A stretch of DNA of 64,000 nt, taken from assembly GCA_052147535.1 (NCBI GenBank), contig JBKQKK010000154.1, positions 11,595 through 75,594 on the forward strand, given 5' to 3'. Positions within the stretch are counted from its first letter, which is position 1, and each line of letters opens with the position of its first letter. The stretch is from Solirubrobacteraceae bacterium. GTDB taxonomy: Bacteria > Actinomycetota > Thermoleophilia > Solirubrobacterales > Solirubrobacteraceae. The position numbers and the translations under genes are program-made. Positions 37,897 through 46,392 of the stretch are shown piece after piece. The notes beneath the pieces were generated by a model. The model was not told the DNA's origin. It saw only the letters and a program-made list of their open reading frames with translations, and made no database searches.

Positions 37897-38076
37897 GAGT
37901 CCTCGGTCGGTTCTGGCGGGGCTCGCGCCCTGGGGCCGAGCCAAGCGTTTATGTGCTTCCTCGCTCGGGCTTGGGTTTCCGTGCTGGCTGCGAGTCTCCT
38001 GCTCGAGTTGCGCAGCCGGCTCGCCCGCGCTGCTGGCTGTGACCCAACCAAGGCGCCGCCAGCTGTGCGGCTTCGG

Positions 38077-38505
38077 TCAAGCCGTGGAAGCCGCTTGATC
38101 GCGCTCCTGCGCGATGACATGACGGACCGGCAGGCCGGTTAGCTGCTCCACGCGGCGTGGTAGATCGATCCGCAGCCAGCGTGACAGGTGCTCAGGGAGC
38201 GTCGAGACGATCACCTCGTCAAAGTGCTGCGGGTCCCAGATCGCTTTGACGGCCTCGAACGGGTCCGCTGCACCACAGACCGTATGCATCTCGATGCCGG
38301 CGCCCGAAAGCTGCTCGGCGGCGGTGCGCAAGCGTCTCAACGCGGACTCGCGACCTCCGTGCGGATCCGTGACTTCCCACGCGGCCGGCGCCAGCAGCGT
38401 TGCAGCGATGGGCCCCTGCGTGTGGCGCTCGACCAGGGCGGTGTGCAGTTCCTGGGAATCGGCGGTGCGGTCAGCGACGACAAGTATCCGGACCGTAGCG
38501 GTCAT
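38077..38505 (-). CDS. Universal-stress-protein-like fold protein
   Basis: RILVVADRT, DPFEAV, FDEVIVSTLP..LSRWLRIDLP; AGGAGG RBS. Confidence 0.75.
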   Translation of the reverse strand: MTATVRILVVADRTADSQELHTALVERHTQGPIAATLLAPAAWEVTDPHGGRESALRRLRTAAEQLSGAGIEMHTVCGAADPFEAVKAIWDPQHFDEVIVSTLPEHLSRWLRIDLPRRVEQLTGLPVRHVIAQERDQAASTA

Positions 38506-38521
38506 GACGAACCTCCTGTGA

Positions 38522-38540
38522 GTTAGCACGACGTTAGCAC
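38522..38540. promoter_or_regulatory. GTTAGCAC direct repeat, 11-bp period
   Basis: Copies at 38522 and 38533, upstream of the USP-like gene. Confidence 0.5.
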
Positions 38541-38580
38541 CGTGTTTGCGTCAAGGTATGGATCCCGAGCAGTTGCGGTA

Positions 38581-38595
38581 CTTCACTTCGTGAAG
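38581..38595. promoter_or_regulatory. Palindromic operator candidate CTTCAC-N3-GTGAAG
   Basis: Lies just upstream of the TACACT -10 element of the hxlR-family gene. Confidence 0.5.
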
Positions 38596-38618
38596 CGTCG
38601 CGCTACACTCGATCTTGG

Positions 38619-38996
38619 ATGTCGTCAAGCGAAACCTGTCCGGTCTGTCGCACGGCGGAGATCGTGTGCGGCAAGTGGACGCTCCTTCTGATCAAGGACC
38701 TCTCCGAGGGGCACTCGCGGTTCTGTGAGCTGGAACGCTCGCTCGGCGGGATCAGCCCGCGGACGCTGTCGCTGCGGCTGCGGGCGCTCGAGGAGGAGGG
38801 CATCGTCGAGCGCCGGACATTTCCCGAGGTACCGCCGCGGGTCGAGTACGCGCTGACCGAGAAAGGGCGGGCGCTCGTGCCGCTGATCGAGGACATGCGC
38901 GCCTACGGAAGCCGCTGGCTGATCGGCGGTTGCGCGGACCAGGCAAGCCGCGGCGGCGACTCCCAGGAGCGCGAGGCGACCCCGGTCGCGGCCTGA
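38619..38996 (+). CDS. HxlR-family winged-helix regulator
   Basis: CPV..TAEIVCGKWTLLLI, RFCEL..SLGGISPRTLS.RLRALEEEGIV.R, PPRVEYALT. Confidence 0.95.
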   Translation: MSSSETCPVCRTAEIVCGKWTLLLIKDLSEGHSRFCELERSLGGISPRTLSLRLRALEEEGIVERRTFPEVPPRVEYALTEKGRALVPLIEDMRAYGSRWLIGGCADQASRGGDSQEREATPVAA

Positions 38997-39017
38997 ACGC
39001 CGGTCGCGGCCTGAACG
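38982..39017. repeat. Perfect 18-bp tandem duplication spanning the hxlR stop codon
   Basis: CCGGTCGCGGCCTGAACG twice. Confidence 0.9.
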
Positions 39018-39029
39018 CCTTCTGGCGCG

Positions 39030-39473
39030 ATGCGGATCGCCATCTCAGCCGACGAGCTGACCGGGGTTGCTGAGCAGCTCATGAAGGTGCTGTGCGATCG
39101 CGGGTATGAGCTGATCCTGCACGGCGCGTACGCGCCCGCGGAACGTGATGACTGGGCCTGGTGCAGCGAAGCCGCGGCGCGTGACGTGGCCGATGGGCGC
39201 GCCGAGCAGGCGCTCGTTGCCTGCTGGACCGGAACGGGCGCGTGCATCGCCGCCAACAAGGTGCGCGGCGTCCGCGCTGCTCTCTGCACGGATGCGCAGA
39301 CCGCCGCGGGCGCGCGCCGCTGGAACCACGCGAACGTGCTCGCGCTCAGCTTGCGGAGCACCTCGGCCGCGGTGCTCGTCGAGATCCTCGACGCCTGGTT
39401 CGCCGGTTCCCCGAGCGTCGATCAAGCGGACGGTGCGAACGTTGAGCATCTGGTTGAAATCGAGCGATCGTGA
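39030..39473 (+). CDS. rpiB: RpiB/LacA/LacB sugar-phosphate isomerase
   Basis: IAISADE, ACWTGTGACIAANKVRGVRAALC, ARRWNHANVLALS. Confidence 0.9.
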   Translation: MRIAISADELTGVAEQLMKVLCDRGYELILHGAYAPAERDDWAWCSEAAARDVADGRAEQALVACWTGTGACIAANKVRGVRAALCTDAQTAAGARRWNHANVLALSLRSTSAAVLVEILDAWFAGSPSVDQADGANVEHLVEIERS

Positions 39474-39506
39474 AGGATCTCGCGGCGCCGCGGCGAATCG
39501 GCTTGT

Positions 39507-40847
39507 GTGCGGAACGCTGCGCTCCATGTGGTGCTCGAGGCATTCACGATTGATGCCGCCGGCCGGCTGGCGAACGCCACCGCCGAGGGTGAGGAGATTC
39601 CCTTCGAGGTGGTCGAGACCGACAGTTGCAGGCGGGGCGCGCGGGTGCCGCTGTACTGCTACCGGCCGTTGACGACCGCCTTCATCGGACAGCGCATCGG
39701 CCTGCTGGCCGCGCTGGCCAGCTACGCGCCCGCCGCGCGCTCGCTGCAGCTGCTTGAAGGGACTGCCGGCTACTTGCGTCAACGAGGCGAGATTGACCTT
39801 CCACGCGACGCGCGCGAGCGCGCCGACGCCGCACTGCGATGCTTCCTCGCGCGCGTATTCGAGGAGCGCAGCGCGTTCGTGTTCGACCCCGAACGGTTCG
39901 AGCTCGCCTATGAGGAGCTCGAACGCGCGCTATACGAAGGGCGCTGCGTGACGATCGTCGCGGCGCCGCTGTACGGCGTTGCGCTTGACGCGCAGACGAC
40001 CGAGCTGGTGCTCGATAACAGCATGTCGCTTGTTCGGGGGGACGCGCTCGAGGGCGCACCACCCGAGGCGGTGTGGGGTGACTCCTTCCAGCTTTCGGGC
40101 GAGGAGCCATGCGTGCTGGCGGTGCTGCGGGTCACGCAGGAGCGCGCCGCGCCAGCGCCGGTGTCCGTCGCGCGCGCGAGCTTCCGGCGCACGCTGACGG
40201 CGCTGCGCCTGTTCGAGCGCGGTTCATACACGCTCGGGCTGCTCGCCTGGACCCGCGTCGACGACGGCGCATGGCATTCTGTTCCGCTCGGCGCCAGCGG
40301 CCGCTCCCGGCTTTGCACCCGGATCGCGCCCGCGCAAGAGGACGAACTGCGCGCGTTCTGCAGCCTCGTGGGGCGCCGCATGCCATCCGCCTCTGCCCGC
40401 CTGCGCAATCCACTGGGCGCCGAGCAGCCACAGCCCGACAGCTCGGGCAGAGGCGAGCTCGCCTGGGCGCTGTCGCGCTTCGAGATGGGCTGCGAGCGAC
40501 TCGCCAAGTTCGAGGCGCTGACCGACTACCTGCTCGCGCTGCGGGCGCTGCTGGAGCCCGAGGGCCCTGCCAGCGGGCGGCTCGCGCAGCGGCTCGCGGC
40601 GATCTGCGCGAGGCTCGAGGATCGCGCGGCGCTCGCTGAGCGCACCGCTCATGTGATCTCGCTGGAGCGCGCGGTGATCGCGGGTCTGGCGCCTGCTCGA
40701 ACCGGCATCGACACGCTCGTCGACGAGGTCGCCGAGCACCTGCGCGCGATCCTGCGTGACATCCTCTGCGGTCACCTCGACGTCGACGTGTGCGCGGTCG
40801 CCGACGAGTTGCTCGCCGAGGCCGCCCTCGCAAGCAGCGGGGCGTAG
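39507..40847 (+). CDS. Hypothetical protein with C-terminal Apea-type HEPN-like domain
   Basis: ALTDYLLALRALLE...RLAQRLAAI...HVISLERAVIAG resembles the HEPN helical scaffold but lacks the Rx4H motif. Confidence 0.65.
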   Translation: MRNAALHVVLEAFTIDAAGRLANATAEGEEIPFEVVETDSCRRGARVPLYCYRPLTTAFIGQRIGLLAALASYAPAARSLQLLEGTAGYLRQRGEIDLPRDARERADAALRCFLARVFEERSAFVFDPERFELAYEELERALYEGRCVTIVAAPLYGVALDAQTTELVLDNSMSLVRGDALEGAPPEAVWGDSFQLSGEEPCVLAVLRVTQERAAPAPVSVARASFRRTLTALRLFERGSYTLGLLAWTRVDDGAWHSVPLGASGRSRLCTRIAPAQEDELRAFCSLVGRRMPSASARLRNPLGAEQPQPDSSGRGELAWALSRFEMGCERLAKFEALTDYLLALRALLEPEGPASGRLAQRLAAICARLEDRAALAERTAHVISLERAVIAGLAPARTGIDTLVDEVAEHLRAILRDILCGHLDVDVCAVADELLAEAALASSGA

Positions 40848-40920
40848 AGGCCCGCCCTAGCGCCCTCCGGAGCGACCAAGTCGCCCCCATCAGACCTCGA
40901 CTACTAGAGTCTTCGCGACC

Positions 40921-41532
40921 GTGTTTCACGTCGAGTTGCGCCAGCGGCCACATGTGGCGCGTGCCTTCAATCTGCAGGAGCAGGAGGTCGCTGTCCGCTT
41001 TCTGAACCCGCTGCTGGCGGGCCGGCCGATCAACTACTCAGACCATGACTGGGATCCGAAGAAGACCAAGCTGACAGTGCTCGAGGGGCCCGAGCTGCGC
41101 CTCGAGGAGATCGGGATGGGGCGCGGCTGGGGCAACGCTCAGCGGTCGGCGATCGACGTCACGGAGCGCCTGATCGCGCGGGCGCGAGAGCTGACCAAGC
41201 GCGCCCCCGAGCTTGACCGGCTGAAGCAGCGGATCGTCGGCCGGATCGACGCCGGGCCGCTGCCGCTGAATCGAGTGGTGGTCTTGACAGCGGAGCTGAT
41301 GGCGGGGCGTCGCGCCAGCGATCGCCTGTCGCTGGCCGAGATCGCTGTCTGGGAGCTCCTACATGAGCGGGTGGTTGACCTGCTGGCGGGCGACGCGCTG
41401 CGCGACGAGCCGGTGGCCGAGCCTGATTGGCAGGCGCACCTGTTGAGTTGGGAGTCCTGGACGGCGGCTTGCGCTCAGGCGACCACGTCGTCGATCATTC
41501 TGGCGCGCTCGGCGTCAGACGCGAACAGGTAG
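40921..41532 (+). CDS. Hypothetical protein
   Basis: 203 aa, typical codon bias; TAGAGT upstream; 3' end overlaps the ArsA-like gene. Confidence 0.75.
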   Translation: MFHVELRQRPHVARAFNLQEQEVAVRFLNPLLAGRPINYSDHDWDPKKTKLTVLEGPELRLEEIGMGRGWGNAQRSAIDVTERLIARARELTKRAPELDRLKQRIVGRIDAGPLPLNRVVVLTAELMAGRRASDRLSLAEIAVWELLHERVVDLLAGDALRDEPVAEPDWQAHLLSWESWTAACAQATTSSIILARSASDANR

Positions 41533-42620
41533 CCGTGCATGCGCACCAGCCCTTCGACATCGTGGACATCGTCGTCGAAGTACGGCACCAGCAGTAGCGG
41601 CTCGTCGTTGATTTCGCCGGCAAGGCGCTCGACGTTGACCGCGTCGCGCTGCGCCAGCGCACGGTAGTCGTTGAAGTTATCGGCCACGCTGGCGGCCAGT
41701 TGCTCGCCGAGCAGCTGCGCCAGCTGCGCGCCCACTTCGGCTGGGTCTTCGTCACCGGCGAGATCGTGGTGAAAACGGTTGACGACGACTCCGGCGAACG
41801 GCAAGCCGGTCTGGAGCAGCGTGTGACGCAGCCAGATCGCCTCATCGATCGGCTCGCTCTGCGCCGAGGTGACAAGCACGAACGCTGTGTCCGGCGCTCG
41901 CAACAGGCGCTGGACCTCGGCTGCGCGAACGGTGAAGTCCTCGGTCATGTCGCCAAGCAGCGCAAAGAAGAGCGACAGATCGGTGATCATCTCCACGCCT
42001 GTGATCCGGCGCAGGGCGGGAAGCAGAGGGGCGACGCCAAGCTCGAGCAGCCGCATCCCGATTCCGGTTGGTCGCAGAAACGCCTTGAGCGCCCGCCCCT
42101 CGAGGAACGATGTCAGGCGGCGCGGTGCCTCGAAGAAGTCGATCGCGTTGCGCGACGGTGGCGTATCGAGCACGAGCAGGTCGAACTCGCTGTCGTGCGT
42201 GAGCTCGTACAGCTTCGAGACCGCCGTGAACTCCTGCGAGCCGGCCACCGCCGTCGAGAGGGACCGGTAGACGCGGTTGGCTTTGATTTCCTCAGCGCGC
42301 GCGGGCGTCGGTGCGATCTTGTCGATCAGCTCGTCGAAGGTCCGCTTCGGATCGAGCATCATCGCCCACAGCTCACCCTTGATTTCGAGTCCGAACGCCG
42401 CCAGGCGATCCGGGTCCACCAGGCGCGGCTCGTTCTCGAGCTCCTGCAGGCCGAGCGCGCCGGCCAGGCGTTTGGCCGGGTCGATCGTCACGACCGCCAC
42501 CCGCGCCCCGCGCGCGGCCATCCCGAGCGCGATCGCCGCCGACGTGGTCGTCTTGCCGACGCCGCCGGAGCCGGCGCAGACACAAACGCGCTTGCCGGCA
42601 AGCAGCTCGGCGGCGTTCAC
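41475..42620 (-). CDS. ArsA/Get3-family ATPase (Rv3680-like)
   Basis: CAGSGGVGKTT, VTIDPAKRLA, LWAMMLDPKRTFD, VLDTPPSRNA. Confidence 0.92.
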   Translation of the reverse strand: MNAAELLAGKRVCVCAGSGGVGKTTTSAAIALGMAARGARVAVVTIDPAKRLAGALGLQELENEPRLVDPDRLAAFGLEIKGELWAMMLDPKRTFDELIDKIAPTPARAEEIKANRVYRSLSTAVAGSQEFTAVSKLYELTHDSEFDLLVLDTPPSRNAIDFFEAPRRLTSFLEGRALKAFLRPTGIGMRLLELGVAPLLPALRRITGVEMITDLSLFFALLGDMTEDFTVRAAEVQRLLRAPDTAFVLVTSAQSEPIDEAIWLRHTLLQTGLPFAGVVVNRFHHDLAGDEDPAEVGAQLAQLLGEQLAASVADNFNDYRALAQRDAVNVERLAGEINDEPLLLVPYFDDDVHDVEGLVRMHGYLFASDAERARMIDDVVA

Positions 42621-43582
42621 GGCAATGCCTTCCCGAGTGCATCGGCGAGCCTCTGCAGCTCAGCCACACCGATGCTCGCCGAGAACACGAACGGCAGCGT
42701 TGCAACGATCGCTCCAAACGCCTGCTCGAGGCGCTCCTGCTGCTCAATCTGGGCGACGCAGCGCGCCTGTTGCGAGAGCGCCGCACGCAGGGCGGCTCGC
42801 GCGCGCGAGCCGTCGGCGGCCTGCAACGCCGCTTGCAGCGCCGGCACGTCCTGCGGCGCAAAGCGGTCTACGTAGCGAGCATTGAGGATCACCGCGTCGA
42901 TCGCGAGCTGCTGGCGAGCCAGCTCCTGTCCGAGCGCGAGCGTTTCGGTGACGGGCATTTCCTCGGGTGTGCTGACCGCGATCACACCGGTGAACGAGCG
43001 ATCGGCGATCGTGGCGGAGATCTTGCCCGCCTGGGCGGCGATCGGTCCGACTCTGGCGATCTCGGCGAACGTGCGCGGCGTCTGCAAAAAGCCGACGCCG
43101 TGACCGGTGGCCGGCGCATCGACGATCACGAAGTCATACGGCGCCCCCTCATGAGCGCGGCGCTCGAGCTGCGCCAGCTCCCAGATCTTGCCCATGCTGA
43201 GCAGCTCGCGCATGCCGGGCGTCGCCATCGCAAACGCGTGAAACACGCGGCTGGCGGAGAGGACATGGCCGAGCGCGCCGATCCGCAAGCGCAGGTACTC
43301 CTCCATCGCGTGCTGCGGATCGATCGAGATTGCGAACAGGCCGGGCGCGAGCTCCACCTCGTGAGAGATCTCGCCGTGTTGAGCGAAAGCTCGCTGTGCG
43401 CGTGCGTTGCCACCGAGCTCGGCGACGATCGTGCGCAGCCCCCTGCGCGCGGCGAGCAGACCGAGCGCCGTGGCCACCGTCGACTTCCCGACTCCTCCCT
43501 TGCCGGTGACGAACACCAGTCGACGCTGCAGCAGAGAAGACACCTCCCGCAACATACAGCCGTCCGCCGCCGAGGTGCTCAC
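42617..43582 (-). CDS. ArsA/Get3-family ATPase (Rv3679-like)
   Basis: VTGKGGVGKST, ATPGMRELL..GKI, IVDAPATGH, TPEEMPVTET; start uncertain. Confidence 0.9.
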   Translation of the reverse strand: MSTSAADGCMLREVSSLLQRRLVFVTGKGGVGKSTVATALGLLAARRGLRTIVAELGGNARAQRAFAQHGEISHEVELAPGLFAISIDPQHAMEEYLRLRIGALGHVLSASRVFHAFAMATPGMRELLSMGKIWELAQLERRAHEGAPYDFVIVDAPATGHGVGFLQTPRTFAEIARVGPIAAQAGKISATIADRSFTGVIAVSTPEEMPVTETLALGQELARQQLAIDAVILNARYVDRFAPQDVPALQAALQAADGSRARAALRAALSQQARCVAQIEQQERLEQAFGAIVATLPFVFSASIGVAELQRLADALGKALP

Positions 43583-43722
43583 AGCGTGCGAGCAGCGCCT
43601 CAGGCGCGTTTGTCCGGTGGCCGACCTACCCTCGGCGCGTCATCGCACGTGTCGGTCCGGTGTCGTGCGTATCCTTGCGAAGCAGGAATCTTGACGGGCT
43701 CTACGAAATAGTGCCCGCGCAT

Positions 43723-44517
43723 ATGTTCTTCAACGCACCGGAGCCCTCAGTGACGGCCACCGCCAAGGTGATCGCGTTCGCCAACCAGAAGGGTGGCGTC
43801 GCAAAGACCACGACAACGCTCAACCTCGCCGTGGCGTTCGCGGAGGAGGGCCATCGCGTGCTGTGCGTGGACATGGACCCGCAGGGGAACCTGACGATGT
43901 CCCAGGGAATCGACCCGGACGGCCTCAAGAAGTCGATGTACGACGTGCTGGTGCACCACATCTCGATGCGCGAGGTGATCAGCAGGCGCGAGATCGACGT
44001 CGCCTGCGCCTCGATCGACCTTGCCGGCGCGGAGATCGCGATGTCGATGATGATCGGCCGTGAGCGGTCGCTGCAGAAGGCATTGGTGGAAGTGGAGCAC
44101 GATTATGACTTCGTGTTCATCGACACGCCGCCGAGCCTCGGGCTGCTGACGATCAACGCGCTCACCGCTTCGCACAAGGTGATCGTCCCCGTCCAGTGCG
44201 AATATCTGTCGATGCGAGGTCTCGTACAGTTGCAGAACACGCTTGCGATGATCCGGGAGAACCTCAACCCGACCGTCGACATCGAAGGGATCCTGCCGAC
44301 GATGGTTGATTCGCGCACTTTGCACGCCAAGGAGGCGATCGAGTTGCTCGAGGAGAACTTCGGCGACCGTGTGTTCGCCTCCCGAATCCGCAAGACCGTC
44401 CGTTTCGCCGAGGCGCCCGTCAAGGGCATGTCGGTACTCAAATACGATCCTGACGGTCTGGCAGCACACGCATACCGGCAGCTCGCGAAGGAGGTCCTCT
44501 CAAATGCCCAACGCTAA
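43723..44517 (+). CDS. ParA/Soj-family ATPase
   Basis: FANQKGGVAKTTT, DMDPQGNLT, IDTPPSLGLLT, VPVQCEY, TMVDSRT, IRKTVRFAEAP; start 43723 or 43750. Confidence 0.96.
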   Translation: MFFNAPEPSVTATAKVIAFANQKGGVAKTTTTLNLAVAFAEEGHRVLCVDMDPQGNLTMSQGIDPDGLKKSMYDVLVHHISMREVISRREIDVACASIDLAGAEIAMSMMIGRERSLQKALVEVEHDYDFVFIDTPPSLGLLTINALTASHKVIVPVQCEYLSMRGLVQLQNTLAMIRENLNPTVDIEGILPTMVDSRTLHAKEAIELLEENFGDRVFASRIRKTVRFAEAPVKGMSVLKYDPDGLAAHAYRQLAKEVLSNAQR

Positions 44518-46303
44518 ACGGGCGAGCATGCGCGAGGGGCCACTCGCGGCGCTGTTTCGCAAGACCGCCGAGGAGACGGGCCTGTCGGAGGGGCAGGTCC
44601 ACGAGCGCCAAGAGTTCGATGAGGGCGCTGCAGAGCACCGCGAGGCTCCGCAATCATCGTTTGAGTCTCCGGCAGGCGCCGGCCCGGCGGCGCCCGAGTC
44701 GGCTGCGTCCATGCCAGCAGTTGGCTCTGCGTCCGAAGTTGCGTCTGCGCCTTCTGCTCCCGAGGTTGCGTCTGCGCCTTCTGCGCCCGAAGTTGCGTCT
44801 GCGTCTGCGTCAGCGCGAGCGACGTCGGCGAGGCGTTCCTGGCCGGCGCTCACAGCCGACCCGAGCGGGGGTGACGTCCCTGCGCCCTCGCCGCAGGAGC
44901 GTCTGCGTCAGGCGTTCTCAGCGGACATCCCGCAGAACCTGATGGAGCTCGAGCGAGCCGCCGCAGCCCGCGAAGCGGCGCGCCGGCCAGAGCCGGTTGT
45001 GGCTCCCGAGCCGGTCACGGTTCCCGAGCCGGTCACGGCTCCCGAGCCGGTCACGGACGTCTACGCGCGCAGCGACCGTTCAGCTGACATGCACGCTGGG
45101 CCGCGGCCGGTGGGCAAGCCCGTGCTCCGGGTCGTCGGCGTCGGTGGCGCCGGTGTCAACGCGGTCAACCGCATGATCGAGGCGCAGGTCGACGGCGTCG
45201 AGTTCATCGCGATCAACACTGACCTCCAGTCGCTGCAGCAGTCGGCGGCCGCCGACACATTGCATATCGGCGACACGCTTACGCGCGGGCTGGGCTCCGG
45301 CTCGGATCCCGACGTGGGGCGCCAGGCAGCGCGGGAGGAATACGACCGCATCAAGGGAATGCTGCGCGGGTCCGACATGGTGTTCATCGCCGCCGGAGCT
45401 GGTGGCGGCACCGGCACCGGCGCGGCACCGGTCGTCGCGGAGATCGCCCGCGAGCTGGGAGCACTTACCGTCGGCATCGTCACGCGCCCGTTCCAGTTCG
45501 AGGGGACGCGGCGGCGCGTCCAGGCCGCTTCTGGGATCAACGCCCTGTCCGAGGTGGTCGACACGCTGATCGTCGTGCCCAACAATCGGCTGTTGAGCGT
45601 GCTCGATCGCAATACGTCGATGGTCGAAGCGTTCCGCGTCGCCGACGACGTCCTGCGACAGGGCGTCCAGGGGATCTGCGACCTGGTGACGTTGCCCGGC
45701 CTGATCAACCTGGACTTCGCCGATGTCCGGACGATCATGTCGGACGCCGGCAACGCATTGCTCGGGATCGGCATGGGCACCGGCGAGCGGCGCGCGATCG
45801 ACGCCGCCGAGAAGGCCGTGGCCTCGCCGCTGCTCGAGACGAGCATGGAGGGAGCGCGCTCGATCCTGCTGTCGATCACCGGCGGTTACGACCTATCCCT
45901 GTGGGAGGTCAATGAGGCGGCCAAAGCGGTCGCCGAGGCGGCTCATCCGGACGCGAACATCATCTTCGGAGCGATGGTTGATGAGAAGCTCGGCGACGAT
46001 CAGGTGTGGGTCACCGTGGTCGCCACGGGCTTCGGCGAGGCACGCCCGCGCCGGGGAGAGCGTGAGCGTGAGCGTGCCGGCAGGGCGGATCAACCAGGCG
46101 CGCCTGGGCGGCGCCGAGCGGAGTCGACGGAGCGAGAGCGTTCGCGGCAGAAAATCGCGACAGAGCGGCCGCGACCGGCGGAGCGCCAGTCAGAAAGCTG
46201 GCGGCCGCTGCGCGAGCCGACCGGTGAGCCGCGCGTCAGGCGTACACGCGAACGTTCATCCTCCGCGGAGCTTGACGTCCCCGAATTCATCCCCCGTCGC
46301 TGA
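44504..46303 (+). CDS. ftsZ: FtsZ with a ~200-aa N-terminal extension
   Basis: AAGGAGG RBS inside parA; core GVGGAGVNAV, GGGTGTG, PFQFEG, T7 loop INLDFAD; C-terminal peptide LDVPEFIPRR. Confidence 0.95.
   Translation: MPNAKRASMREGPLAALFRKTAEETGLSEGQVHERQEFDEGAAEHREAPQSSFESPAGAGPAAPESAASMPAVGSASEVASAPSAPEVASAPSAPEVASASASARATSARRSWPALTADPSGGDVPAPSPQERLRQAFSADIPQNLMELERAAAAREAARRPEPVVAPEPVTVPEPVTAPEPVTDVYARSDRSADMHAGPRPVGKPVLRVVGVGGAGVNAVNRMIEAQVDGVEFIAINTDLQSLQQSAAADTLHIGDTLTRGLGSGSDPDVGRQAAREEYDRIKGMLRGSDMVFIAAGAGGGTGTGAAPVVAEIARELGALTVGIVTRPFQFEGTRRRVQAASGINALSEVVDTLIVVPNNRLLSVLDRNTSMVEAFRVADDVLRQGVQGICDLVTLPGLINLDFADVRTIMSDAGNALLGIGMGTGERRAIDAAEKAVASPLLETSMEGARSILLSITGGYDLSLWEVNEAAKAVAEAAHPDANIIFGAMVDEKLGDDQVWVTVVATGFGEARPRRGERERERAGRADQPGAPGRRRAESTERERSRQKIATERPRPAERQSESWRPLREPTGEPRVRRTRERSSSAELDVPEFIPRR
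44728..44810 (+). repeat. 27-bp in-frame tandem repeat in the FtsZ N-terminal linker
   Basis: Encodes ASEVASAP-SAPEVASAP-SAPEVASAS. Confidence 0.85.
44986..45058 (+). repeat. 18-bp in-frame tandem repeat in the FtsZ N-terminal linker
   Basis: Encodes PEPVVA-PEPVTV-PEPVTA-PEPVTD. Confidence 0.85.
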
Positions 46304-46392
46304 CGGCCGGGGAGCTGCGTCTCGCGGCGTCCTCGCTCGCTCACGTGCGGAGCACGCCACGCTCGCTGCGTCCTTGCGATGCTTGCTTCCCC

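Noticed and set aside
37879-38142. 87-aa ORF or sRNA after the sigma gene
   Set aside because: It starts inside the terminator, overlaps the convergent gene, and has no RBS, motif or recognisable RNA family; one GCGGCTTC/GAAGCCGC hairpin is not enough.
38522-38540. CIRCE (HrcA) element
   Set aside because: The TTAGCAC half-sites are direct repeats, not the TTAGCACTC-N9-GAGTGCTAA inverted repeat, and no chaperone gene follows.
41475-43582. Arsenic resistance operon
   Set aside because: No arsR/B/C/D genes, and the pair resembles the Rv3679/Rv3680 class.
44306-44517. ParA-FtsZ fusion by programmed frameshift
   Set aside because: The ftsZ frame is open upstream, but there is no slippery sequence and a strong AAGGAGG RBS precedes ATG 44504; translational coupling is simpler.
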